Source of the DNA: Turneriella sp.
GTDB taxonomy: Bacteria > Spirochaetota > Leptospiria > Turneriellales > Turneriellaceae
Direction: 5' to 3'
Length of the DNA: 64,000 nucleotides
Assembly: GCA_965279515.1 (NCBI GenBank)
Contig: CBDIID010000003.1
Coordinates: forward strand, 1,216,001-1,280,000
Positions 52,509 through 62,014 of this stretch are shown here, piece after piece. The first letter of the stretch is position 1. Each line of letters begins with the position of its first letter. The notes under the pieces were generated by a model that saw nothing but the letters and a program-made list of their open reading frames with translations, was not told the DNA's origin and made no database searches. Both the position numbers and the translations under genes were made by a program.

Positions 52509-53764
52509 CTCCCCTCCTCGTCTTTCTTAAAAAGAAAACTGCATAACAGATTATTGCGCGCATCGGCATCGCCATAACGGATCTTCGCCGCTTCGAATAG
52601 ATCTGCGTCGGCCAGATCATATCGTTTCGCGCGCGAGTGGGCCACACCGCGGTTGATGCGCGCTTGCCAGTAACCGGGATACAACCTCAGCGACTCCGAG
52701 AAGTCGGCAAGCGCTTCTTCATGGCGACCGAGGCGTGCGAGCGCATCGCCACGCGAACAAAGAAACATCGCGTTTGCCGGCGATGCGCTGACAAGCTTGT
52801 TGAGTTCTTCGAGGGCAACATCATAATCGCCGCGCGCCGCCGCCTCACCATACTTTTCATATAAGGGATCACGGCGCCCGGTGAGAGCAGCTTCATCATC
52901 GGGTAGAAAACGCGCGGCCATCGCCTGCAGCGCAGGGGAAAGCGCCGCTTCAAAAAATGCCGCGGCTTCACGGTAAGCCAATGCTTCATCGCGGTTCTGG
53001 GGTTCGATGCCCTGCTCTACACAATATGCCGCGGCAACCAGGCGGATAAAATAATTCTGCGAGCGTGCCAGGGAGCGCAAAAAGGGTCTTACCGCATTTC
53101 GATCGGATACCTGCGGTGCACGTTCAGCAAGTTTCCGCAAATTATATTCAGCCTTCTCATTCATTTGAAATCCCAGCGGCGGCCAGACCAGGGCCGAAAC
53201 GATCATACGAGCATCATCTGCTGTCAGGCCAGGCGGCAGGTTGACCTGCTTCAAGGTATCTTCAACCAACCAGGGCACGACGCGGTCGAGGTGATCGCGC
53301 TTGCGGCCGATCATATCGTGGTCCGCTTCTGCCCACTCCTGGTTTTGCGCAAGCGTCGCGAAGGCATAGTACGGCAATGCGGCCTTGCCCAGCACAGGCG
53401 AGCCCAGCCAATAGAGGCCGTAGAACATCGGTTGTTTCGTTTCGGGCGAGACAACGCGGGGGATATCCACATCGGTAGAAAATTTATAACGCATGTTCCG
53501 GCATTCGATGGTATTGCCGGTGCGCACCAATGGGATGTCCATCGCTCGAAAGGCAGCCGCGAAAAAATCGGCCATATAGGTTTTCAGCCAATCGACATGC
53601 CGCGGCCAGGCAGGCATGCGCCGCACGGTTTCGAGAACACGCTCGATACCCCAGAGTGAAGCAAAACTGCCATCGAGCCGGTATACTCCCAACCGCTTCT
53701 CCAGTTCTTCCCGGTCCGGAATTTCCAAGGCAGGGTTGAATATCCCTGGGGAGCCGGTCGGCAA
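52505..53764 (-). CDS. Tetratricopeptide-repeat protein (TTG start, uncertain)
   Basis: C-terminal TPRs (SRGDALARLGRHEEALADF; INRGVAH); ATGA overlap with the next gene. Confidence 0.75.
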   Translation of the reverse strand: MPTGSPGIFNPALEIPDREELEKRLGVYRLDGSFASLWGIERVLETVRRMPAWPRHVDWLKTYMADFFAAAFRAMDIPLVRTGNTIECRNMRYKFSTDVDIPRVVSPETKQPMFYGLYWLGSPVLGKAALPYYAFATLAQNQEWAEADHDMIGRKRDHLDRVVPWLVEDTLKQVNLPPGLTADDARMIVSALVWPPLGFQMNEKAEYNLRKLAERAPQVSDRNAVRPFLRSLARSQNYFIRLVAAAYCVEQGIEPQNRDEALAYREAAAFFEAALSPALQAMAARFLPDDEAALTGRRDPLYEKYGEAAARGDYDVALEELNKLVSASPANAMFLCSRGDALARLGRHEEALADFSESLRLYPGYWQARINRGVAHSRAKRYDLADADLFEAAKIRYGDADARNNLLCSFLFKKDEEGR

Positions 53765-53878
53765 CCATAATATTTATAATACTTAAGGAAGAAAAATTGC
53801 CAATTATCCGGGAATCTTATATTTTTATTAAACTTTTGGCGCTGCTTAAGCGTCTAAATCGTAGATATTACCGACCGT

Positions 53879-56800
53879 ATGTACCGAGCAATAAAGCTGT
53901 TAATCCCGGCGCTTTTGGCCATTTTGTTTTTTGCGCACTGCAAAAAGCTGGATATTGACGCCAATTGCCTGAATTCGCTTTCTTCATGCTTCAAACCCGA
54001 CAAGACGGCGCCCCTGCTCAAGAGCTATACGCCTATCCCCAATAAAGGCAGTAACCTTGTCAGTGTGCTGACCGGCATTCAGGTCAACTTTTCCGAGGAG
54101 ATGAAGGACAGAACAAACAAGGAAAATTATAAGCTGTCAGGGCCCGGGGCAGCCGGCCTCAGCATTGAATCGATTACTGATGCGGGTGGCAGCTCTGTGA
54201 TCGTAAACCTCAAAGGCACCGTCGCCAATAACGCAATCAACCTCAGCTTTCCGGGGCTTACCGATTACGGTGGAAACACCCTTTCTGCGGGCACGCAGGC
54301 AACGCTGACCGGCAGCATCAATATCGGGATCACAACGCAGGAAGCTCCGACGATCTATTATATCAGCAATGTCGCCGGCTTCACCTCTGCGGTAATCCAT
54401 TGGTACCATGATTATGCCGACGATAACAACAATCTTTACTATGTACAACCCACCGGGTCAACCTGCGCCGATCCGCAGGTCGCATTTCCAGGCGGAGGCA
54501 CCAATATGAGCGGTGGACCGGTTACCGCGGGTGCGGCAAATGTTGTCACCACTACGATACCCATTGCGACAAACTTCACGACCGATGGCACCTACATCGT
54601 CACGATCTGTATCAAAAATTCGGGTGCGAATAAATCGGGCGAGCTGGAAATCCCGATTGTGCGAGACACTGTTGCGCCGGTCATTCAGGCAAACATTGGT
54701 TCGGGCGCCTATGGTTCTCAGCAAGATATTCTGTTTACCTGCAGCGACAACTGCGACAACCTCGCTTATATCTCTACAGGTGGTACGACAATGCCCGCGA
54801 ATCCGGCGGCGCCAACCTTCAATGCAACGGGTGGAGTAACATTAGGAACAAAGGTTACCGGACTGTTAAGAACCCCGCTCACCAGTGACCCATGGTTTTC
54901 AAAAGTGAATCTCAAGGCCTTTGATAAAGCTGGCAACCAAAGCGCCGCGACGATCTTCAGTTACCAGATTGATACGCTGTTGCCTACAACCACTTTCGCC
55001 TCACCGGCGACAACGCACGACTATGTGAGCAGTCTTGCAGGTGGCTATAACTCAACAGTACTTACCTGGAGCGCCGATAAGGGAAGCCAATACCAGATCT
55101 GTGTGGGCGATACGGGCGCCGTCGGCGTTTCTGGCTGTTCGGCAGGCCCCGCGTGCAATGGCGGGACTAATCTTTTCGGAACTGCACAGCCTTATACGCC
55201 GGGAAACTCCATCGGCACGACGATCAATGCTTCAAGTCTTACGGCAGGAGCTAACCGCGTGCACGTCTGCGTACAGAGCGGTGCTACGGTCGGCGACGCG
55301 ACCTATACACTGACGCGCGACGTTGCCGCGCCTGTTATCGCATCCACAATACCTGCCGACGTGGCGAACGGCGTCATACCCGCAACGTCAATCACAGTGA
55401 ATTTCACAGAAACAGTTGGCATCGACGTCTCCACAATTTCTGCCGCTGTTTCACCCAACCCAGGCGACCAAAATATTACAAAAGTAGCCTGCACCGGAAG
55501 TATTCAGGTCTCACTTGCCTCAGATAATTTTGGCGCTGGCACCTGTATACCGATGGTCTCAGCCACACCGGTCACTGTTTCATCCACAGTTTATAAGATT
55601 AATCCCCTCCGCCTGCTCACGCCTGGCCTCTATAAAATCCGCATCACGAACGCCATACGCGACATTGCAGGCAATCCCATTGCGGCGACTCTCACGCAAG
55701 CCACAGGATTCACCGTCACGGGTCTCTTACGCATGTTCACATTCAACAATGACGGGACGAACCTCACCGATCAGGCCAATAGCGGCCAGAACCTTACAGC
55801 GAATGGCGGGCCGCAAAAAGTCATGGGCGTCGATGGCGATACGAACGGCGCCTACCGTTTTGATGGTACAGGCAACCAATACCTGACCGGTGCGGATTCC
55901 ATGTTACCCACAGGAAATTCTCCGCGTACGATGTGTGCATGGTTGAATATTGCGGGCGGTTGCCCGGGATATTGTATCGCAACGATGTACGGTGCTGCAA
56001 ACGGGCCTTACCTGGGGGCGCACAATGGCTTGCGGGCGGCAACTGCGTATTACAATGAACCGAATCTGGATAGTAATACCAATCTGCCGCTCAATACCTG
56101 GGTCCATGTCTGTTCTGCCTACAATGGATCTCTGAATACGCTATATTTGAACGGCGTGGCCGACGGCTCGCAGAATTATGGTGCGATTGCCACAGTCGGT
56201 GGCGGAAATTTCAGAATCGGTAAACAAGCACCAGATGATGCCTTCTCTTATTTTTTTAACGGTCGTGTTGACGACGTGCGCGTTTATGCTGGCGCACTAA
56301 GCGTCGCCGAGATCCGCCAGATTGCAGTCCAGGTGCCCAACGGCCTGCTCGCCTATTATTCTTTCAGCGACGCTGCATCGGGCACGGCGAACGATTATAG
56401 CGGCAATAATCACCCGGGTGTGCGCAATGGCGCTCCCTTACCCACAATCAGTACAGATCGGTTCGGAGTTACTGGCGCTTACAGTTTTGGCGGGCCGTCA
56501 CAGTACATCTCCGCCCAGGATACGAACCTGCCGCAGGGCACTGCCCCACGCACCGTGTGCTCGTGGATGCGCCCTACAGCACTGCCAGGTTCCGGACAAT
56601 TCCGCATCGCCATGCGCTATGGACAACCGCTTGCGGGCCAGTCAAACTACATTGGCCTCTACAACGATGGTGTTCAACAAACTGTCATTTTCAGCGGCTG
56701 GACCGATCATCTCACCAGCCCCTACACGGCAGCCACAAATACGTGGATGCATCTCTGCGGCACCTACGATGGCACCACTGCTAGACTTTATTTAAATGGT

Positions 56801-57592
56801 GGGCTGGTGGCTTCAGCAGCAAAGGCATGGAATACGACGCTGATGGGCAATAACGGTATCATCATCGGTCAGGGCGATCTGACCGGAACATTCCCGTTCC
56901 AGGGCGCCGTCGACGATGTGCGGATTTACAACCGCGTGCTGACGGATAATGAAATCCTGGTATTGTCGTCGCAGTTGGGTGTCGGATTGCTCCGCCAGTA
57001 TAGCTTCGCGAATGGCGGCTTAGCCGATGATGCCGGGTCGGGAAATTCGCTGACGGCAAGCGGATCGCCCGCGCAGGTAAATGGCGTTGACGGGGCCGCC
57101 AACGGAGCCTACTCTTTCTCGGGGGCAGACCAGTTTTCTGCCAACGATGCCGGTCTGCCCGCCGGAGGTGCAGCCCGGACAATGTGCTCTTGGGTATACG
57201 TGACAACCGCGAATACGGACTCTTTTGCGATAAGCTACGGCGCGGCACAAACGACAAGCCAGGGCAGCTTTTTGTACGTCGACAGCAGTAACCAGGCCGG
57301 ATTCGGTAGTTACTCCACCAATTTGCAATCCACCTATGTTGTACCGGTTTCAGCATGGCATCATCTCTGCGCGACGTTGGATTCGACGGGCAATGGAAGG
57401 GTGTATATTGATGGCAATCTTGCCCCTGGTGGCGGACCGACGCCCGTAACCTTTTCCACGGTTTTGAGCGGCAATTTGGCCATCGCTGCCCGTTCTGATA
57501 ATGCCTTCCGGTGGAGAGGCAGTTTAGACAGCGTTCGCATCTATAATCGTGCGCTTGAGGCGCCAGAAATTCTGCAGCTGCAGGGCTATTGA
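53879..57592 (+). CDS. Large surface lipoprotein with Ig-like domains and three LamG-like jellyroll domains
   Basis: Spirochaete-type lipobox FFAHC; D.TAP...I.VNFSE/FTE Ig-like motifs; three repeats of RT.C.W...W.H.C..Y....LY.NG...F.G..D.VR.Y. Confidence 0.88.
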   Translation: MYRAIKLLIPALLAILFFAHCKKLDIDANCLNSLSSCFKPDKTAPLLKSYTPIPNKGSNLVSVLTGIQVNFSEEMKDRTNKENYKLSGPGAAGLSIESITDAGGSSVIVNLKGTVANNAINLSFPGLTDYGGNTLSAGTQATLTGSINIGITTQEAPTIYYISNVAGFTSAVIHWYHDYADDNNNLYYVQPTGSTCADPQVAFPGGGTNMSGGPVTAGAANVVTTTIPIATNFTTDGTYIVTICIKNSGANKSGELEIPIVRDTVAPVIQANIGSGAYGSQQDILFTCSDNCDNLAYISTGGTTMPANPAAPTFNATGGVTLGTKVTGLLRTPLTSDPWFSKVNLKAFDKAGNQSAATIFSYQIDTLLPTTTFASPATTHDYVSSLAGGYNSTVLTWSADKGSQYQICVGDTGAVGVSGCSAGPACNGGTNLFGTAQPYTPGNSIGTTINASSLTAGANRVHVCVQSGATVGDATYTLTRDVAAPVIASTIPADVANGVIPATSITVNFTETVGIDVSTISAAVSPNPGDQNITKVACTGSIQVSLASDNFGAGTCIPMVSATPVTVSSTVYKINPLRLLTPGLYKIRITNAIRDIAGNPIAATLTQATGFTVTGLLRMFTFNNDGTNLTDQANSGQNLTANGGPQKVMGVDGDTNGAYRFDGTGNQYLTGADSMLPTGNSPRTMCAWLNIAGGCPGYCIATMYGAANGPYLGAHNGLRAATAYYNEPNLDSNTNLPLNTWVHVCSAYNGSLNTLYLNGVADGSQNYGAIATVGGGNFRIGKQAPDDAFSYFFNGRVDDVRVYAGALSVAEIRQIAVQVPNGLLAYYSFSDAASGTANDYSGNNHPGVRNGAPLPTISTDRFGVTGAYSFGGPSQYISAQDTNLPQGTAPRTVCSWMRPTALPGSGQFRIAMRYGQPLAGQSNYIGLYNDGVQQTVIFSGWTDHLTSPYTAATNTWMHLCGTYDGTTARLYLNGGLVASAAKAWNTTLMGNNGIIIGQGDLTGTFPFQGAVDDVRIYNRVLTDNEILVLSSQLGVGLLRQYSFANGGLADDAGSGNSLTASGSPAQVNGVDGAANGAYSFSGADQFSANDAGLPAGGAARTMCSWVYVTTANTDSFAISYGAAQTTSQGSFLYVDSSNQAGFGSYSTNLQSTYVVPVSAWHHLCATLDSTGNGRVYIDGNLAPGGGPTPVTFSTVLSGNLAIAARSDNAFRWRGSLDSVRIYNRALEAPEILQLQGY

Positions 57593-57738
57593 CCCTGCGG
57601 CGATTCTGCACCAACAATAAGCGCGGACAGCCCGCGATGTGATCTAGGCTTTAAAACATGAACAAGTAGTCACTTTTGCGCTTTACAGGATATAAAGATC
57701 TTTTTATTGTACACTATCCTTTTTTTCGGAGGCAATAA

Positions 57739-59217
57739 ATGGCAACAAATACAATCCAACCCGACACGCTCATCGCCATCATCGGCGCGGGGTTTAGCGG
57801 CCTCGGCATGGGTATTCGCCTGCGCCAGGCGGGCATCGAAGATTTTCTGATCGTCGAAGCGGCCCCCGAAGTCGGCGGCACCTGGCGTGACAGCAAGTAC
57901 CCCGGGGCAGCGGTCGATGTTCCGAACCACTTATACTCCTACTCCTTTGAGCAGAGCCCCGACTGGACGCGCATGTTCGCCAAGGCCGATGAGATCCAGA
58001 ACTATATCGTTCATACGGCGGATAAATACCGTATGCGGGAAAAAATCCGCTTTAATACCAAAGTGACCGCCGCGCGCTTTGATGAAAAAAGCGGGCTTTG
58101 GCTTATCGGGACAGCGGGCGGCGATACCTTGCGCGCACGGTTTGTCGTCGGTGCCATGGGCCCCTTCGCGGCATCGCGGATTCCTGACATTGAAGGAATC
58201 AAGAAATTCAAAGGTGAGATGGCGCACACCGCGGCATGGCCGAAAGGACTGAGCCTCAAGGGAAAACGTGTGGCTGTCGTTGGCAGCGGTGCGAGCGCGA
58301 TTCAGGTTGTGCCGGCGATCCAGGGCGAAGTCGCACACCTCACCGTCTTCCAGCGCACACCTTCGTGGATCGTGCCCAAGACCGACTATGTCTACAGCGA
58401 ACTCGAGAAAGCCATGTACCGTAATTTTCCGATCACGCAGAAGATCAGGCGCACGATTATCTTTGGCCTCACGGAAATTCTCGCGACGGCGATTGTCTGG
58501 GATACGCCCGTGACATCGTTAATGGAATCCCTCTGCCGGCGCCAGATCGAAAATGCGATTGCGGATGCTGAACTGCGCCGCAAGGTTACGCCGACGTACC
58601 GTCTGGGTAAAACGCGGATGCTGATCTCCAATGACTGGTACCCTGCGCTTGCACAACCGAATGTCGAACTGGTCGATCATGGCGTCGAGGCCATTACGGA
58701 AAACGGCATCATCGCCCATGGCAAAGAATATCCGGCCGATGTCATCGTCTGGGCGACGGGGTACAAATCGCCGTCCGAAGGGTTCCCGTTTCCGCTCGTC
58801 GGTGCGCATGACCGCGACCTCAATACCTACTGGTCACACGGCGCCGTCGGTTATAAGGGTGTCGCCATAGCGGGATTTCCCAACCTCTTCACGCTCATGG
58901 GTCCGAACACGGGCCCCGGACACACTTCGGTGCTGGTCTATGTTGAGGCTCAGCAGGAATATATTGTTCAGGCTATTCGGACCTGCATGAAAAATAATAT
59001 CAAGAGCATCAGCGTGCGCGAAGACAGGCAGGAAGCCTTCAACGCCGATCTCGATAAAAAAATGCGCCGCACCACCTGGGGTGAGGGCGGCAAAAGCTGG
59101 TACTACACCAAAGACGGCCGCAATACGACGCTCTATCCGGGGTTTGCCTCAGAGTATGTCCTGAGCATGCGTAAATTTGAGCTGGGCGATTACAGCACAA
59201 AAGGGTGGTTCTTTTAG
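57739..59217 (+). CDS. Baeyer-Villiger type flavin monooxygenase
   Basis: GAGFSG, GGTW....YPG...D, fingerprint FKGEMAHTAAWP, GSGASA, ATGY. Confidence 0.93.
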   Translation: MATNTIQPDTLIAIIGAGFSGLGMGIRLRQAGIEDFLIVEAAPEVGGTWRDSKYPGAAVDVPNHLYSYSFEQSPDWTRMFAKADEIQNYIVHTADKYRMREKIRFNTKVTAARFDEKSGLWLIGTAGGDTLRARFVVGAMGPFAASRIPDIEGIKKFKGEMAHTAAWPKGLSLKGKRVAVVGSGASAIQVVPAIQGEVAHLTVFQRTPSWIVPKTDYVYSELEKAMYRNFPITQKIRRTIIFGLTEILATAIVWDTPVTSLMESLCRRQIENAIADAELRRKVTPTYRLGKTRMLISNDWYPALAQPNVELVDHGVEAITENGIIAHGKEYPADVIVWATGYKSPSEGFPFPLVGAHDRDLNTYWSHGAVGYKGVAIAGFPNLFTLMGPNTGPGHTSVLVYVEAQQEYIVQAIRTCMKNNIKSISVREDRQEAFNADLDKKMRRTTWGEGGKSWYYTKDGRNTTLYPGFASEYVLSMRKFELGDYSTKGWFF

Positions 59218-59298
59218 GTTACGTAAGCTCTGAAAAGACAAAATTAGGAGCGCTTGCGCGGCCGTGGCCGCGCATGACTTTTTCAGAACTGAGCTACC

Positions 59299-59835
59299 TC
59301 AATTTCGGGCGTACAGGCTTCTTACCGCTTTAACCGCAGGCAAATCGAATGTCGCGGTGGCTGCCTCTGCTCCCAGATAAACGCGGATACCCATGGAATC
59401 TGTTTTCCGAAGCTGCTGCTGCATTTCCTCCGACGGGAAAAAAGTGCAGGAAGCGATCCGGTAAGCAGGTTCCGTTTTATTCTCCAGTCTCCAGCGGACG
59501 TGGTTCATCGGCATAGGCTTATCGTTGACGAGAACGATCATCTTATCGCCAATCTGCGGATCGTCGTTGAAAAACTGTATTTCCACATTGATCTCATCCG
59601 CTGTTATTTTGCCTTCCTCTACTTTGCGAAAATAATCCACGCGCAGCTTTCTCTGGCCTTTGCTGAAATTCGAAAGCAGGTCGCCCGGGCCTTCGAGCCG
59701 GTGCTCGGTGACCAGCGAATACCTGTCGACCCTGAGGTATTTGTCGCTATCGACACGGACGTTATTCTGCGGCCCTGAGCAGAGTAGCGCACCGCACAAA
59801 GGCGGAATCAAAAGGAAAAATGAAAGGTTTCTCAT
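59299..59835 (-). CDS. Hypothetical (lipo)protein
   Basis: SD GAGGAGG, signal peptide with Cys, 178 aa. Confidence 0.7.
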   Translation of the reverse strand: MRNLSFFLLIPPLCGALLCSGPQNNVRVDSDKYLRVDRYSLVTEHRLEGPGDLLSNFSKGQRKLRVDYFRKVEEGKITADEINVEIQFFNDDPQIGDKMIVLVNDKPMPMNHVRWRLENKTEPAYRIASCTFFPSEEMQQQLRKTDSMGIRVYLGAEAATATFDLPAVKAVRSLYARN

Positions 59836-59946
59836 ATAGCCTCCTCACCGCGATAGATGGCACCATAGCGGTCTTACTGCCCTAAAGTACAACAGGGTGC
59901 CCGATTTTTCACTCCCCCTTTTGGTCTAAATGGCCGAAAAACGGGT

Positions 59947-60747
59947 ATGGTACGCTCTCTCTGGACTTCTGCTACGGGTATGATCGCGCAGCAGTTCCAT
60001 ATGGATACAATTTCGCATAACCTTTCGAACGTGAATACGACAGGTTATAAGAAGAACCGTGTCGACTTCGAAGACCTGCTTTACCAACACCAGGTTTTAG
60101 CCGGCACCCCTTCGACTTCGGTGTCTGAAATTCCCGTCGGCGTCAATGTCGGCGTGGGAGTGCGCCCCGCGGCGACGCAAAAGTTATTTCAGATGGGATC
60201 GCTCCAGTCGACGGGCCATAAGCTCGATATGGCGATCAGCTCAGACGTGGGCTTTTTTAAGATTCTCATGCCCGATGGCACTTTTGGCTACCAGCGTAAC
60301 GGTGATTTCAAAATCGATTCGCGCCGCCAGGTACTGCAATCTGACGGCTACACACTCGAGCCGCCCCTTGTTATTCCGCCCGATGGCCTCATCGAAACCC
60401 TGACCATCAACGAACAGGGTGAGGTGCGCATCCAGATCGGCGACGACCAGATTCCCCGCCAGATCGGCCAGGTCGAACTCTATCGTTTTGTGAACCCCGC
60501 TGGCCTCAAGGCCATCGGTAAGAACCTCTACAAGGAATCACCCGCGTCGGGCGCTGAAATTCCCGGCACACCGGGCCTCGGCGGCTTCGGCGGTATTCTG
60601 CAGGGCTTTCTCGAAATGTCGAACGTGAACCTAGCTGAAGAGATGGTCAACATGATCGTCGCCCAACGCGCCTATGAAGCCAACTCGAAATCCATCCAGA
60701 CTTCAGACAGCATGCTGTCGACAGCGATACAACTCAAGCGCGGTTAA
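59947..60747 (+). CDS. flgG: Flagellar basal-body distal rod protein FlgG
   Basis: SL.TSATGM.AQQ, NLSNVNTTGYKK, F.DLLYQ, QGFLEMSNV...EEMVNMIVAQRAYEANSK. Confidence 0.96.
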   Translation: MVRSLWTSATGMIAQQFHMDTISHNLSNVNTTGYKKNRVDFEDLLYQHQVLAGTPSTSVSEIPVGVNVGVGVRPAATQKLFQMGSLQSTGHKLDMAISSDVGFFKILMPDGTFGYQRNGDFKIDSRRQVLQSDGYTLEPPLVIPPDGLIETLTINEQGEVRIQIGDDQIPRQIGQVELYRFVNPAGLKAIGKNLYKESPASGAEIPGTPGLGGFGGILQGFLEMSNVNLAEEMVNMIVAQRAYEANSKSIQTSDSMLSTAIQLKRG

Positions 60748-60761
60748 TTTTTGGGGATTGA

Positions 60762-61367
60762 TTGAAGCAGGGAATTAAAAACCACGGAGGACATGGAGAG
60801 TACGGAGGTCGCGCTTTCCGATGCTCCTCTTACCTCTGCGTCCTCTGCGTCCTCTGCGGTTCATCTTCCCTATTCTCCGCTTCCGGGCTCTCGTTCTCTT
60901 TAAAGCGGGATTTCTCGTCGGGTAAGAAAAATATCTGCCTGAATGAAATCATTAGCGCGGAAACCATGGCGCCACGCGAAGCAGAAAAACTCTCGCGTTA
61001 CTGCCAGATTGAACTCAAAAATGCGCGCACGACGCTCAGCGCCAAAGAAATCGAGTTGCATGCCTGGGCGGCAGGTGTGATTCCGGAAAAAATTTCAGGC
61101 TCGCAGATCGTCATCACGAAGTCGGCGACAATCGAACCCGAAAATAAGGCCGCCGTCGATTCGACGCAAAAAGTCCGGCGTGGCAGCGTTCGTCGCGGCA
61201 ACCCCATAAAACTTATACTCAAGAGTGAAAACATGCAAATCGCGCGCGAAGCCGTTGTACTCATGGATGCCTTCCCGGGTGAGACGGTCGACGTGCGCCC
61301 GCACGGAACGCGCAAAACGCTTCGGGCAAAGCTCGTCGACTCGACAACAGCGGAGATGATGCCATGA
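60762..61367 (+). CDS. flgA: Flagellar P-ring formation chaperone FlgA (short form, TTG start)
   Basis: C-terminal VRRGNPIKL...AVVLMDAFPGETVDV; position between flgG and flgH. Confidence 0.72.
   Translation: MKQGIKNHGGHGEYGGRAFRCSSYLCVLCVLCGSSSLFSASGLSFSLKRDFSSGKKNICLNEIISAETMAPREAEKLSRYCQIELKNARTTLSAKEIELHAWAAGVIPEKISGSQIVITKSATIEPENKAAVDSTQKVRRGSVRRGNPIKLILKSENMQIAREAVVLMDAFPGETVDVRPHGTRKTLRAKLVDSTTAEMMP
60780..60861. repeat. Imperfect 29-bp inverted repeat built of 9-mer units inside the flgA 5' coding region
   Basis: AACCACGGAGGACATGGAGAGTACGGAGG (60780-60808) versus CCTCTGCGT-CCTCTGCGT-CCTCTGCG-GTT (60833-60861). Confidence 0.8.
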
Positions 61368-62014
61368 AACATGGTCTTCGTTTATCGTGGTTACTGGCGG
61401 CGATGACCTGCGCCGCGCTCTTTGCCCAGGAGTCCCTGTGGAAAGACCAGAACCCCTATGTGGCTCCACCGAAAGAGGGCGAGATCATCGCCATCGAAGT
61501 CAACGAAAGCTTCAATATCGTCAGCGACGGCCAGTGGAAATCTTCGCAGAGTTTCGAGATGAAACTCGTGCCCGATACGAAGAACATCCCGTTTCTGACG
61601 AGCTCGCAGCAGAATAAATCACGCAGCAAAAGTTCGCAGTCAAACAACAAGACGCGTGACACGTATAAATTTCACCTGACAGGCATCTTGGGCCCCAAAC
61701 AGGCCGACGGTAATTTTCCCCTGACCGCGCAGAAGAGCCTCAACGTCGACGGCAAACCCGTAAACGTGCGCCTGACCGGCATTGTCGATGCCCGGCGCAT
61801 TCGCCAGGGTTCGATCGAGTCGCGTTTTGTGGGCAATCTCTCGCTCAACATTCAATCCGAACCGCCCTTCCCCAAAGACGAAAAACTCAACCTGAAACCA
61901 CCGGCGGGCACAGACCCGAATTCGAAGCCAACGATGACTGAATTCAGCGACCAGCTGCGCAAAGAACTGCTCATCGAGCATATGAAACAGATTCTGGGCG
62001 GGATGAACCAGTGA
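61364..62014 (+). CDS. flgH: Flagellar L-ring protein FlgH-like (divergent)
   Basis: SLW, GEII.I.VNE, DGN...AQK.L.V, RLTGIVD...I....I.S..V.N; position between flgA and flgI. Confidence 0.7.
   Translation: MKHGLRLSWLLAAMTCAALFAQESLWKDQNPYVAPPKEGEIIAIEVNESFNIVSDGQWKSSQSFEMKLVPDTKNIPFLTSSQQNKSRSKSSQSNNKTRDTYKFHLTGILGPKQADGNFPLTAQKSLNVDGKPVNVRLTGIVDARRIRQGSIESRFVGNLSLNIQSEPPFPKDEKLNLKPPAGTDPNSKPTMTEFSDQLRKELLIEHMKQILGGMNQ

Noticed and set aside
52505..53768. Possible frameshift at the TPR gene start (ATG 53768 out of frame with TTG 53764)
   Set aside because: No slippery site or homology evidence; a TTG or downstream start explains it.
12777..59217. P450, desaturase-like, UbiB-family and BVMO genes as one biosynthetic cluster
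   Set aside because: They are scattered over 46 kb among housekeeping genes, with no scaffold synthase.
59880..59940. Sigma-28 promoter upstream of flgG (TAAAG...CCCGAT; GCCGAAAA)
   Set aside because: Half-sites are present, but the spacing does not fit TAAA-N15-GCCGATAA.
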